A stretch of 64,000 bases of DNA from an uncultured delta proteobacterium (GCA_963778115.1 CAVZSV010000004.1:2880001-2944000); one strand, 5' to 3'; counted from the first letter of the stretch, positions 41,616-52,885 are shown. Notes: generated by a model from the sequence alone, not told the origin. Program-made: numbers and translations.

Positions 41616-42159
41616 ATGGCTCACGCACCGAGTGGCCGAAATCATCGGGTAAAACCTGAAACAGAACTGAATCTCGTTCCCATGATCGACATGGTGACGA
41701 ACCTCATGTTCTTTCTGATGATGTTTGCCGCGATATTCCCATTGTGATGATCGATGCTCCCCTCCCGAAGATCGCATCCACAGCGGAAGAAGTGAAAAAG
41801 GCAAAGGACGATCAGAATAAACTCGAAGTTACGGTCTATCATCAATAAGAAAGGATTCTCGGTTAAGTCTGACGGGCTGGCGACCATTCTATTCCATTGG
41901 GTGCTGACGGCAAAATGAACGTTGCCGAACTGCACTCTTACTTAGTCAAGCTTCATGAGAAAAGGCCCAATCGAAAGAAATCACTCTCATGCCCGCTGAT
42001 GACACCACTTACGATGTCATGGTGGAAGTGATGGATGCTTCCCGAGAGTTGGTTCAAGGGGATGCTGGTTTTCAGCAAGTTCCTCCGGATATTGCTCAAA
42101 AGCCGGAGAGCATGCAGTTTAACCGTTTATTTCCTGATGCAAGTATTGGAGGCGTGTAA
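41616..42159 (+). CDS. ExbD/TolR family protein (AglS-like), several apparent frameshifts
   Basis: Manual translation: ELNLVPMIDMVTNLMFFL ... TYDVMVEVMDASRE ... LFPDASIGGV*. Confidence 0.8.
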
Positions 42160-42716
42160 TGGCTGGCGGCGGTGGTGCGGTAGCGGCAAAAATGAGCCGA
42201 TCGCAACGTAAAACAACGGCAAAGATAAAAGGTCGTCAAAGTGTGACGAACGGCCTGATGTTGACTTCAATGCTCGACATCTTGACGGTGGTTCTTTTCT
42301 TTTTGCTGAAAATCTATTCGTCCGTTGTTTCCGATTTTGCGACCGCAAAGGACATCACCCTTCCGCGTTCCAGTTCGCTCATTCCACCGGTTCCTTCTTT
42401 GCAGCTGGTAGTCACTCAAGAAGCCATCATTTTGGACGACACGCCTTTGGTTCACATCGTCAACGGTGATGTTCAGCGTTCCGACCTGTTTAGAGATGGA
42501 GTTACCATCACCAAGCTGGCGCAGGCTTTGGCGGAACAAAAGAAACGCTCGATGTTCCAGAGCCAAACCAATGATCCCCATTCGTTCTCGGGAACCATTG
42601 TGTTACAGGCGGATAAAAATCTAACCTTCAATCTACTCAAAAAAGTCATCTACACCGCGGGCATCACCGATTTTGTGATGTTGAAGCTTGCGGTTATGAA
42701 AAAAGATGACGGCTGA
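42159..42716 (+). CDS. ExbD/TolR family protein
   Basis: LMLTSMLDILTVVLFFLL; LQADK...KKVIYTA. Confidence 0.88.
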   Translation: MAGGGGAVAAKMSRSQRKTTAKIKGRQSVTNGLMLTSMLDILTVVLFFLLKIYSSVVSDFATAKDITLPRSSSLIPPVPSLQLVVTQEAIILDDTPLVHIVNGDVQRSDLFRDGVTITKLAQALAEQKKRSMFQSQTNDPHSFSGTIVLQADKNLTFNLLKKVIYTAGITDFVMLKLAVMKKDDG

Positions 42717-42755
42717 CCCCGCTTCGCCTTCGGCTACGCGGGGCAAGTCCCGGCC

Positions 42756-45347
42756 CTACCCCTGCGACGGGAAATTCCTATCTAAGATTTTCTTCGTTTC
42801 CTCTTTGATACGGTCCGAATGAGACTCCGTTGATACGGTCTTAAGCATGTCTCGCACGGGAACATTTTTTACTTCCGAGATAGTGCGTAAGATTCGACTT
42901 TTGGTCTCGTCATCAAAGCGACCATCCTTCAAAAGGAAGTCGGTTAAAAAATCCGCCCACTCCTTCGAATTCTTCAATGGCTGATTATCGCTGATAAGCC
43001 AACCGATGCGACCCATAAGATCGTTCCGGCATGTCTTTGCCATTTCTGCTATCTCATGTGCCGCTTCTGGATTTCTGTAAGATCCAAAGGCAATCTGTGG
43101 GGCATATCCATAACGATACCCGCGCGCTGACTGTACTTTATACGCAAGCTTTAGTGCGTCCGCTGATCTTGATGTCCCCAGTGCGGCTACGGCGTTTGCG
43201 GAAGCAATCACGTCATCCAAAGACGTTTGGGGATCGAGCAGTACTTTGGATAGCAGCTTAAACGACTTATCGGAATTGACGTACCCCAGCGTCGCTAACA
43301 GGCTAGAGCGATAGGAGCGCCATCCCAACGTATCGGAAAGATACGTCGGCTGTTGGGCGAATTGGGGGAGCTGGGACGCTTCGGCCAGTGAGAGTACTGC
43401 ATCTGCGACCGTGTCAGGTAGCCAGGTCGTTTTGGTATCTCGTAAGCGTCCCAGAAGAGCCATGCGAACGTAAGGCGAAGGATCGTGCTTGAGGACTTCA
43501 GCCAACGTTTTCTGTGCTGACGACGATATCTTATTTCCGTCCATCAACCCCTGTGACAGCACATAGGTCGCCCAATATCGTGTGACTGCGTCCGGATCTT
43601 GCGAAGCCTGTATCGAAAGGATGGATTCATCGATAGTCTCCGGGACTACTTTGCCAGGAACGATTCCTTGTGCATTTAGCGATACCCACTCGGGCTTGGC
43701 GGGAAGAGCAATTTCAGCCGTGGTTTCCGACTGAGTCACCAAAATCTCAGTCGACTTATCAAATTCCGGCGTGGTTCTGCGATGCAAAGCGATGGGCAGT
43801 TTGAATACAAACTTGGACTTGTCTTCTCCATGATTCGGTTTCTGATGTACGACCAATTTATAGGTTTGTTTCTTTTCGTCCCAATTTCCGCCATAGGAAA
43901 TAATGGGATAACCGCGTTGCAGCAGCCATGAGTCTCTGACGCTATTAAGATCTCCTTCGGAGCTCATTCCTCGTTTTGAGTTGTCCGCTTTTGAAAGTGC
44001 CTCGAAGAGATCAAGGTAGGTGGCATTGGCGAATTTATGCTCGTTTAAATAGAGCCCAACCCCCTTTCGAAACGTCTCTTCTCCCAGAAAGACAGAGACC
44101 ATCCTAAGCACATTTGCCCCTTTGGTGTAATTAATGCTGTCAAAGGCGCCGTCAGGATTGGTGAGACTGTTATCCACGATGGCGTGGCTTCGAGGACCAT
44201 CGTCTTCACGGAAATAACTGTCCCAGGTATTGCTAGCCAGTGAGACCGTGGCAGGTTCGTTACCGAACTTATGAGCACTCGATAAGTAAGCCATAAGGTC
44301 CGCGAACGATTCATTCAGCCAAACGTCGTTCCACCAGTTCATGGTCACATAATCACCAAACCACTGGTGAGCCAGTTCGTGGGCCGCCAACCCGTAAATG
44401 CGTTTGTAGTCTCTGGCGGAAGTAGGATCCAAAAGAATACTCTCTTCGTTCATATTGGTCGCTGTTGTGTTCTCCATCCCGCCCCAGATAAAGGTAGGAA
44501 CTCCCACGGTGGCATACTTATCCCAGGGGTATTTCACTCCTAAATATTGGTTATAGAAATCCAAGGAGTCTTGGGTCGCTTCAAGAACATAATGGGCGCG
44601 GTTGGCTTTCGAAGGGCTCACCCAAACGGAGACTTCGGGAGCTTTCTTGGAAAGAGTAAGCTTCGTAAAAGGAGCGATAGCCACCGTTAGTAAATAGGTG
44701 GATTGCACCAAAGGCTGCGACCAATGGACTTCATGAAGTTGTTGGGCGCCGCGAATCTTCTTATCGCTGACGAGTTTTCCGTTACTCACGACTTGGTAGT
44801 GCTGGGGAACCGTTATGAGTACTTCGCTCGTTGCCTTATCATTCGGCTGGTCATCACAGGGGTAAAAGGCGCGCGCTGACGTTGGTTCAAAATGAGTGAA
44901 AAACAGAGGGCCTCGAGCGGCATCGTCAGGATCATCGACCTTAAATAGACCGTAATGGCCGTCATTAATTTTTCCAGAGTAGGCTATCTCAATCTGAACT
45001 TTGGTACCTTTCTTCATCGATTTTGGAAGTTGAATCTTAAGAAACTTAGGATCCGTAGCATTAAAGGTAAGAGAAGCTCGTCGGGGTTTCTGAAGGGTTA
45101 CTGACTTAATGGTGAGGGCCTTGGTATCGAGTTCGAGTTCGCAGGCACCCTCCTTTAAAGTGGCTGTCATTTGGAGCGATGCTTCAAAATCTTTGGGATT
45201 CGCCGCGGGGTCGAGCGTCATCGCTAAGCGGTAATGGGTGGCCTTGTAGCATCGGGTCCTGGGCCCTTCGTCGGCCACACTCGAACGGCTTGCTAGTGAT
45301 AAGAAAATGGTTAATAGCGCAGCGGCAAAAATTTTTTTGTCGTACAT
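42756..45347 (-). CDS. Secreted M1 family aminopeptidase
   Basis: GGMEN, HELAHQWFG...WLNE, YTKGA; signal peptide; HEAT-like C-terminus. Confidence 0.93.
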   Translation of the reverse strand: MYDKKIFAAALLTIFLSLASRSSVADEGPRTRCYKATHYRLAMTLDPAANPKDFEASLQMTATLKEGACELELDTKALTIKSVTLQKPRRASLTFNATDPKFLKIQLPKSMKKGTKVQIEIAYSGKINDGHYGLFKVDDPDDAARGPLFFTHFEPTSARAFYPCDDQPNDKATSEVLITVPQHYQVVSNGKLVSDKKIRGAQQLHEVHWSQPLVQSTYLLTVAIAPFTKLTLSKKAPEVSVWVSPSKANRAHYVLEATQDSLDFYNQYLGVKYPWDKYATVGVPTFIWGGMENTTATNMNEESILLDPTSARDYKRIYGLAAHELAHQWFGDYVTMNWWNDVWLNESFADLMAYLSSAHKFGNEPATVSLASNTWDSYFREDDGPRSHAIVDNSLTNPDGAFDSINYTKGANVLRMVSVFLGEETFRKGVGLYLNEHKFANATYLDLFEALSKADNSKRGMSSEGDLNSVRDSWLLQRGYPIISYGGNWDEKKQTYKLVVHQKPNHGEDKSKFVFKLPIALHRRTTPEFDKSTEILVTQSETTAEIALPAKPEWVSLNAQGIVPGKVVPETIDESILSIQASQDPDAVTRYWATYVLSQGLMDGNKISSSAQKTLAEVLKHDPSPYVRMALLGRLRDTKTTWLPDTVADAVLSLAEASQLPQFAQQPTYLSDTLGWRSYRSSLLATLGYVNSDKSFKLLSKVLLDPQTSLDDVIASANAVAALGTSRSADALKLAYKVQSARGYRYGYAPQIAFGSYRNPEAAHEIAEMAKTCRNDLMGRIGWLISDNQPLKNSKEWADFLTDFLLKDGRFDDETKSRILRTISEVKNVPVRDMLKTVSTESHSDRIKEETKKILDRNFPSQG

Positions 45348-45485
45348 GGCGATCCCCTTACCCGTCCCTAAACCTTCCCATTAAATTCCAAGGCTTAGAC
45401 TGTTGCCTTCCCCCGGGGCAAAGTCAACGGGTTGCCCGGAAGCTTTCTTGACTTAGGGGCCAGCCGCGACTTTTATCAACCCCTG

Positions 45486-46286
45486 ATGAAAAAGAAAAAA
45501 GTTGTGAAACGCGCTGGCTCTCTTAAAGAGACCGGTCGACTTCTTGAAGTTGTCCATCGCCTTAGAAAAGAATGTCCTTGGGATCGCAAGCAAACCCACA
45601 AGAGTCTCATTCCATACCTGATCGAGGAAGCCTACGAGGCAGTGGGAGCGATTGAATCCAAGAGTCGGGACCAAATGCGGGAAGAGTTGGGCGATGTTTT
45701 GCTTCAAATCGTCCTTCATTCAGAGATTGCAGCGGAGAGGGGCAATTTTACGTTTGAAGAAGTGGCAAATGCCGTCGCTGAGAAGATGGTTAGACGGCAT
45801 CCGCATGTTTTCGGAAATGCCGTGGTCAAAAATGCAAAAGACCAATTAAAGAACTGGTCTAAACTAAAAGACGCTGAAAAACCTAATCGATCGTTATTAG
45901 CAGGAACTCCAAAGGCAATGCCGGCGCTTCAGTTGGCGCAGCGCTATGGAGAGATCGCCGCAAGTGTAAATTTCGATTGGCCCTCTGCGGAAGCGGTGAT
46001 GGAGAAGGTGGATGAAGAATTAGCAGAACTAAAGGTCGAAATTGAACGCAAGACTCGCCGTCAAGAGGACATGGAAATGGAGCTGGGCGATTTTCTTTTC
46101 ACCATCACCCGTCTCGCCGCCCATCTAAAAATAGATTCCGAACGGGCCCTTCGAAAAGCTTGCGGGAAGTTTGAGTCAAGATTTGGACGTCTGGAGAAGG
46201 AATTTAAGAAACGTAAGACGCCCATGGCGGATAGCCCTCTTGAGGAGCTGGAGGAGGCTTGGCAGAAGATAAAGAGGGAATTATAG
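45486..46286 (+). CDS. mazG: Nucleoside triphosphate pyrophosphohydrolase MazG
   Basis: CPWDRKQT, EEAYE, EELGD, RRHPHVF, second ELGD domain. Confidence 0.96.
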   Translation: MKKKKVVKRAGSLKETGRLLEVVHRLRKECPWDRKQTHKSLIPYLIEEAYEAVGAIESKSRDQMREELGDVLLQIVLHSEIAAERGNFTFEEVANAVAEKMVRRHPHVFGNAVVKNAKDQLKNWSKLKDAEKPNRSLLAGTPKAMPALQLAQRYGEIAASVNFDWPSAEAVMEKVDEELAELKVEIERKTRRQEDMEMELGDFLFTITRLAAHLKIDSERALRKACGKFESRFGRLEKEFKKRKTPMADSPLEELEEAWQKIKREL

Positions 46287-46509
46287 TGACGCGCATCCTT
46301 ATGCAAGGCGCTTGCTTCGTCGAGTCGCTTCGCTCCTGCTCCTCGCTCCTCAATGGTAGGGACCCCTCCCTTTCCAAACGGCTCGCAATGACTGACTTTG
46401 TGCGAGTTCTCCCCGTCAAACTTTCATTAAGAAGTGAAAAAACGACCCTGATTTGCTCCTCTTCGGTATCAAAATGTCCCTAATCCTTTTTGTTTCGTGC
46501 CTCATTAGA

Positions 46510-46526
46510 CTGGCATCGCTTTTGCT
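46510..46526 (+). promoter_or_regulatory. sigma54-type promoter
   Basis: CTGGCATCGCTTTTGCT, near consensus. Confidence 0.7.
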
Positions 46527-46548
46527 CTTTCATTCTTCGGGGGGAAGC

Positions 46549-46710
46549 GTGAAACTACCAATTTGGTTGGGATTTGTTTTTAGACTTTGCGTCGCGTTAA
46601 CGCTTTTCTTGGTGGCGGCTGTATTGCGCCATTCCACTCCCAGGATCCGGCCCGGTTCGACTGTTATTAAGGCTCAACAGCCAACCATGGCTCTGTGGTC
46701 GGTGCCCTAA
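46549..46710 (+). CDS. Possible small membrane peptide (53 aa)
   Basis: G-rich RBS-like run, GTG start, one TM helix, just after the sigma54 site. Confidence 0.4.
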   Translation: MKLPIWLGFVFRLCVALTLFLVAAVLRHSTPRIRPGSTVIKAQQPTMALWSVP

Positions 46711-46757
46711 ACTCATTTCAAGTCAGCGAGCCGATCTTGTAGCTCAGTGGAGTCCCT

Positions 46758-48476
46758 ATGCATCTGGCTCAATCCTATGCCCATTGGAAATCCCGCGTCT
46801 TTAGTTTTGAGTTTCCTCTCAACAACCAGTTTCGAGCCGTTGATAGGGAATGCCTAAACTGGCGAATTGCCATGAGTGCTCTCGAAGCCGTTCTCATTCT
46901 TTGCGGAGTCTATCTCGTTTCTTCCCTCATTAACGTGAAAAGTACCGTGGAATCGGTGGGCATGACGGTTGCCTTTTTAGTTGCGTCCGCGGGAACCGGT
47001 TGGCTTAGGCTATTTACCCAGAGGAACTATCAAAACCACTTACAAATGCACTTTCGCCGGGCTCTGCTGCAGCAACTGCATGACGTCGCTTTGGACACCC
47101 TTTCAGCCAACCGTCGCGACGAATGGGTCGGCCGACTAAAGAAGGACTTGGCGGATATGGAAACGTTCCTAATCCATCGCTTCCCCCTCCATGTGGGCAG
47201 CCTAATCCTATTGGTATTTTCGCTAATCGTCGTATTTTTTGATTTCTCTCTCAGGGTGGCCTTGCTCATGTCCGTGGGTGTTTTGGTGGAAATCTTTTTA
47301 TCGCTGGAGATGTCCCGAAGGCTCGAACAGAGAAATGCCAGACGAAACCGCTTCTCGACGGATGGAGAGGAGATCTTCGCCGAAAGTTGCGAAGGAATTC
47401 GCACCATTCGCTCTTTTGGCATGGAGCCCTACCTCCAACGTCGCTTTGATCATCTAATGACCGAGACCCTTTATCGAGATTCCAGAGTCGAAAATAAAAC
47501 GAGAACCTTGTTTGCTCTAAAGGATCGAATTCCTCTGATTGCCATTGCTACAATCGTTATCGTCGTTTCAATGATGTCGAGCTATGAGCCCCAAGAGATA
47601 TTGCAAGTCTTCTTACTTTCGGTAGTCACTTTCTTAAGCGCCGAGAAAGTCGCGGATGGTTTTATTGATTTAAGAAAATCCCAGATACCGGCCGAACGGT
47701 TGGCAGATATCTTTTCGGCCAAACGAGAAGTCCCGGTTACTATTTCCGGCTTCGACACCCTTCAAGCTGGGAAAGTAGGCACTCTTCTAATGAAGGATAT
47801 GGTTCTTGAAACCGCGGATGGTTTAGTGGGGCCTCTTACCATCCGTCAGGCGCGCGGTCAGTTAAATGTTCTTTCTGGCCCCTCGGGAGCCGGAAAATCA
47901 AGCATCATGGAAATTCTGGCGGGATTACGCCCCGCAGTGAGCGGAAGCTTTCGTCTGGAAGATACCGAAGGGCGGCTTTTATGGAACATGGGAAATCTAA
48001 GGCCTCGAGTGCCCATGGCCATTACGGCCTATGTGGAGCAGTTCCCGTTTATTTTCGAAGGGACCCTGCGAGAAAATCTGTTATTCGGCAACCACCAGCG
48101 ATTAAGCGATACCGTCATCTGGGACATGCTAGAGAGTGTTGCATTGGATGAGACAGTTAAAAAACAAGGCGGTTTGGATTGCGAGGTCAAACGACGGGGT
48201 AAGGCATTCTCCAAAGGAGAGCGCTACCGCATCGCTCTTTGCCGGGCGCTGCTCTTGCGGCGTCCTTTCTTAGTTCTCGATGAGCCGTTTCGGCATCTCG
48301 ATGACAACTCCATGTCGATGATCATAGATACTTTGCGCCGGCAACGATCGGGGACCGGTATTTTTATCGCTACCCGCTTTATTCCCAAAGCGCTCAGGGT
48401 CGACGCGGTGTTAACCGTCGGAGAATCAACTCCTCTGCCTTCAAAACTTCATACTCTGGCCCCTCCCGCGGTTTAA
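46758..48476 (+). CDS. ABC transporter, fused permease and ATPase
   Basis: TM domain; GPSGAGKS, FSKGE, FLVLDE; H-loop reads IATR. Confidence 0.88.
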   Translation: MHLAQSYAHWKSRVFSFEFPLNNQFRAVDRECLNWRIAMSALEAVLILCGVYLVSSLINVKSTVESVGMTVAFLVASAGTGWLRLFTQRNYQNHLQMHFRRALLQQLHDVALDTLSANRRDEWVGRLKKDLADMETFLIHRFPLHVGSLILLVFSLIVVFFDFSLRVALLMSVGVLVEIFLSLEMSRRLEQRNARRNRFSTDGEEIFAESCEGIRTIRSFGMEPYLQRRFDHLMTETLYRDSRVENKTRTLFALKDRIPLIAIATIVIVVSMMSSYEPQEILQVFLLSVVTFLSAEKVADGFIDLRKSQIPAERLADIFSAKREVPVTISGFDTLQAGKVGTLLMKDMVLETADGLVGPLTIRQARGQLNVLSGPSGAGKSSIMEILAGLRPAVSGSFRLEDTEGRLLWNMGNLRPRVPMAITAYVEQFPFIFEGTLRENLLFGNHQRLSDTVIWDMLESVALDETVKKQGGLDCEVKRRGKAFSKGERYRIALCRALLLRRPFLVLDEPFRHLDDNSMSMIIDTLRRQRSGTGIFIATRFIPKALRVDAVLTVGESTPLPSKLHTLAPPAV

Positions 48477-48503
48477 CACGAGCTATTGTGTTAAAATGGC
48501 CGA

Positions 48504-49782
48504 ATGTGCGGCTTTGTCGGTTTCTATACCCGAACGAAAATCCCGGTTCTCACCCTAGAAGCGATGGCTCAGTCGATTTCGCACCGCGGGCCTGATGATG
48601 AAGGCTTCTTTGGGGTGACCGATACCTTTCAACCGCGTTGCTGGAAAGATCGAGGCAGGGAGGCGTCAGAGCTTATACTGGGCCTTGGCTTCCGAAGACT
48701 TTCTATCATCGATCTCTCCAGTGATGGCGCGCAACCCATGCAATCCAAAGAGGGTCGGTATTGCATCTGCTTTAACGGCGAAATTTACAACTACCTGGAA
48801 CTCAAAAAAGAGTTAGCTGGATTTACTTTCCGTTCGAAATCCGACACTGAAGTGCTTCTCGAGCTTTTTGCGAGGTTCCAAGACAAAGCCCTTCCGCGGC
48901 TAAATGGCATCTTTGCCTTCGCCGTCTACGATAAAGAGACGCGAAAACTTTGGCTGGTACGGGATCAATTCGGAGTCAAACCGCTTTATTATTTTCAAGA
49001 CGAGCGAGGTATCTTTTTTGCTTCCGAAATACGAGCCCTGCTGAAGGCCAAGACTACAAAGCCTTCTCTCGATAAAACACTCGTATCACGCTATCTCATG
49101 AATGGCTGGATTCCCGATCCCGATACTATGTTTGAAGGGATTAAAAAGCTTGAGGCTGGTCATTGGCTTCAAATTGATAGCGATCTCCATATTAAAAATC
49201 AACAGTATTGGGATCTCGATTTCAAACCGGCAAACAACTTAACCAAGGACGATTGGTTAAGTCAGCTAGACGCGGTTCTTAGTCGTTCGGTGGAGCGTCA
49301 GTTAAGAAGTGACGTGCCAGTAGCCTTTTTTCTAAGTGGCGGTGTTGACTCTTCCCTGCTTGCGGCACGTGCCGTTTCCGTCCAGAAGGTGAGGCCCACG
49401 ACATTTACTATCGGTTTTAAATGGAATCATTCCAAAGAAGACACTTTGGACGTCGAAGCGGCCCGTCTCATGGCTAAAGAATATAACTTCGATCACAACG
49501 AGATCTTACTCGAACCCGATATTGTCTCATTATTGCCTAAAATCATTTCGACCCTTGAAGAGCCGATTTCTGATCCGGCGGCCTTATGCAGCTACCTTAT
49601 TTGTGAAGCGGCAAGTACGAAGTTCAAAGTGTTAATTAGCGGGCAGGGGGGAGACGAACTTTTTGGAGGCTACCCGGTTTATCGTTCGGGACTAGCCACT
49701 CGGTGGGGCCAAAAGTTTCCCAATCCGGTGACAAGCGCTCTATTTTCTGCCAGTCGTCATATTCCCTATTCGATAGGATCCC
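48504..49782 (+). CDS. asnB: Asparagine synthase (glutamine-hydrolysing) family, 3'-truncated at the junction
   Basis: MCG, HRGPD, RRLSIID, FNGEIYN, LSGGVDS, SGQGGDELFGGY; the usual C-terminal third is absent. Confidence 0.9.
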
Positions 49783-51991
49783 GTCGATCCCAGAATCAAC
49801 CCCGTGGCCATCTCGCATCTGAGAATAACGGCCGGCGGTCGATCGTACTCGGTTCTTTCTCGGGTCGGCTTCGCGGGTCTCGACTACTCGGCCAGATCCA
49901 ACAAGTACGCGCATCATCTGGTCCTCGACTCCGACGAGCGGCCCAAGGCGGGCCCTGCCTGGCTGGCGAGCCAACCCGGAATCTTGCAGGCCGCATGGGA
50001 AGGTGAGCCGCGAATTTTGCAGGCGGCCCGCGCCTGCCTCGGGGAGACCTTCGGCCCGACGTCGCCCGAAACTGGCAAGCCCGAGCTGGCGACGCCGGGT
50101 GGGCGGGCGTCCTCGCCGAGGCTTTCCTGGCCGATCCACGCAAGTTGGCCTACCTCATCTTCGAGCCGGGGATGGAGATCCTGCCGCTTTTTACCGAGGC
50201 GATTTCGCTTCTCCCGCCCGAACGCCGATGGGACGTGGAATTCAGCACTTATTTCACGCAGCTTCCGCAAGGAAGCCTTTGCCAGTGGCGAGCGGTTCTG
50301 GCTGGAACTCCCGAGGCGAAGGACGTCCGCCGACTCCCGGGGACCTTGGTCCTCGACCTTCGCCGCCCACTCGGCGAGGCCAAAGGTGGCGACCTGGTTC
50401 ATCTGGCTCGGACAGGCAAGCTTCCGGAGCGAATTCCGGGCTCGCCGAGTCCTGAGAATTCCAACCTCGAACCGCCGGCGGCGAAGCCGTCGAATCGGCA
50501 ACTCACAGGCTTCCCGGGCCTTCCCGAACTCCCCCCGCGGGGCCTCCGGAACTCTCCGATCGAGGCTCCAACCCACATCGAGCGCCCATCATCCGGAGCG
50601 TCCGCGACCTCGAAGGTCAGAGCGACGATCCCGACGGCCTCCCCTGGGGCCGGATCGCCGCCGGGATCGTCGCATCGCTTTTGGTTGCGTTGGCGCGGCG
50701 TGGTGGTCGGGGATGTTGACTGATGTGAAAAACTTCATTCCTGGATTATCCAGCCGTGGCGAGGTCATCGCAAAGGCGGAGGAACATGTTAAGACAGAGA
50801 AGTCGAATCCGGTAACTGTCGCCCAGGTAAAGCCACCCCAACAACCTTCGGTTGAACAATCGGGCAAATCCATGAAGGCTCCCGAAGCGGTTATAGGGAG
50901 CAATCCGTCCGCGATTGCACCTCAGGTCGAGCCACCAAGGGCAATCATTGAAGCCAAAATAAAGCCCAAAAAACCACCATACAAAAAAATACATGTCCTT
51001 GACGTACCCATGCCAGGAACCGCTCTAACTAGTGACCCGTCAAAGGCAAAAAGTGAAAACATCGACGGTGCAGACGGCCAAGTGCCGCTTCTAGAGGAGA
51101 TTACAAGTCTGACCATCGCGTTGAGCAATCCGGCAAATAACTCATCAATAGGATCAAGCAGTAATCAATTAGAGTTTAAAAATGAACCTGATGGGTTCTC
51201 GGTTTTCAGACCATCAGCGGGCTCCAAGATAGCTGGAGGGCCAATCACATTGGGTTCGTTCTCCAAAAAGAAGACACATATTCTCTTCAGGTGGATCGAC
51301 CACACCGAGCAATTCGAGCTGCTTGACCAATTCAGGGATAGTGTCCTTACAGCAAAGACCAAGGATAATGGAACACATTATATTTTGCTCAGATCTTTAG
51401 GATCCTTATTGCCTATCAGTAAGCCTGAAGGCCTACTCATTATCGGTCCTCATGCGAAGAGCGAGGATGATTATGGAATTCGCCACTCCCGAACAGAATG
51501 GCTTAAATCAGACGGGCGTCGAAAAATCTCGATGGGACTTGAGAATTAAAGATTGGAAAATTGATTTAGAGCACGAAGGAACCTCAATCGCGTTCTCGAA
51601 AGCCAATTTCCCGGAGATCAGAGAAGGTGAGAATGATGTAGCTCAAATCCCAGTGAATAACCGTGGATTTGGATTTTCGGTCTCAATCGATCCAACTAAG
51701 AAGAACGAGATTCGTATCGTCCTGCGATATGATGCCGGAGTGGTGATAACAAAGAAGAATGAAAGTCGAAACGAATTGGATGAGGCCCAGAAGCAACTAT
51801 CCAAAGAGCTTCCTCCGAAAAAAAAGGAAGAGATAAACGACAAGATACGAGACTTAAAGCTTATTAACGAAGAGTTACAACATGTTCAATTGTCACGCAA
51901 GCGAAAGTTAAGCTGCATAATCTCTCTTCGCGCCGGCGATGAAGACATAGAAATTGCGCGATTCGGGACATTCCCAAAAGTCAAGCAATAA
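49783..51991 (+). CDS. GTPase-associated protein 1-like (GAP1-N2 + GAP1-M) conflict-system protein; 5'-truncated and frameshifted
   Basis: NPVAISHL...VLSRVGFAGLDYSARSNKYAHHLVL...GPAWL; EAISLLPPERRWDVEFSTYF; then Pro-rich linker, TM segment and lower-GC tail. Confidence 0.7.
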
Positions 51992-52025
51992 TTGCTCTGG
52001 ATACTTGGCCTCAGGAGCGTGAACC

Positions 52026-52885
52026 ATGGCCGATCATCATCAACTTGTCGATCAGATCCGGGCGTTTGTGCAGTCGAGCGACCAGACGCTGACTCCTCGC
52101 CTGGAAGAACTCGCCAAGGAATATGCCGATGCGTGCGTGAGCATCAACACGAGGTTGAGCCGTTGTCAGCGGCTCTTGCAGCAGGGGCTGAGGTCGGAGG
52201 CGATCCAGTCCGCCGAGTCCGAGCCCAAGCTCCTCGACGTGATCGCCGCGCTCGACTTTCCCGAACGGCCCGAGTGGGACGAAATCGCGAGCCTCTATGG
52301 ATTGCCCGCGGCGCCTCCGATGTCCATCGAAGCGGCCGGATTTCTCAACGAAGCCTACGCGCTGGAAGATCCGCTTCGGGAGCTTCTTCGCAGCCACCGG
52401 CGGCTGGCGCTGACTCCGCGCTCCGCTGATCGACCGGATCGCCGTGCTCCGGAAGTTGGCGGTGCAGGATTCCACCAATCCGATCTGGAGCGACGATCAA
52501 CGGACCTTCGAGAAAGTTCGATTTCGCCAGATCCAGGCCGAGGCGACGGACGCGGCGAAGCGGCAGGACGTCGCCGGGGTGGGCCGGCTCCTCGCCGAGC
52601 TCGATCATTCGCTCTGGGTCGAACCGCCTCCCGCCTCGCTTGTCCAAGGGCTGCGCAAGGCCGACTCCCAACTCCGGGGCCGCCAGACTCGGGCCAGCCT
52701 GGCGGAAGTTGAAGGAGAGCTGAGTGATGCCTTCGCGTCAAGGACTCGTTCCGCGCCCGCGAAATCCGCCGTCGCTGGCAATCGTTGATCGATCGCGAAC
52801 AGATCCCCGCAGACGATCCGCTTCGAGTCCGGGTCGCCCCGTTTTTCGCCTGGCTCCGCGAGGAAGATCACCGTGAAGAGGATAT
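52026..52885 (+). CDS. Helical protein downstream of the GAP1-like gene; frameshifted and apparently truncated
   Basis: INTRLSRCQRLLQQGLRSEAIQ..E..P.LLD; continues LRKLAVQDSTNPIWSDD..FEK.R across frames. Confidence 0.6.

Noticed and set aside
41300..42000. Pseudogenisation of exbB/exbD
   Set aside because: Clustered indels with otherwise intact motifs suggest a local low-quality consensus.
46287..46395. Riboswitch or ncRNA after mazG (similar GCTTCGC-rich bits at ~30930 and ~42720)
   Set aside because: Only short REP-like words with no recognisable aptamer; cannot be supported from sequence alone.
46549..49782. Small peptide + ABC transporter + asparagine synthase as a lasso-peptide or other RiPP cluster
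   Set aside because: AsnB has an intact N-terminal Cys glutaminase domain, no B1/B2 proteins are present, and the peptide looks like a TM helix rather than a precursor.
48504..50006. Novel AsnB fusion protein (500-aa ORF in the track)
   Set aside because: The C-terminal ~70 aa are out-of-frame read-through across the junction.
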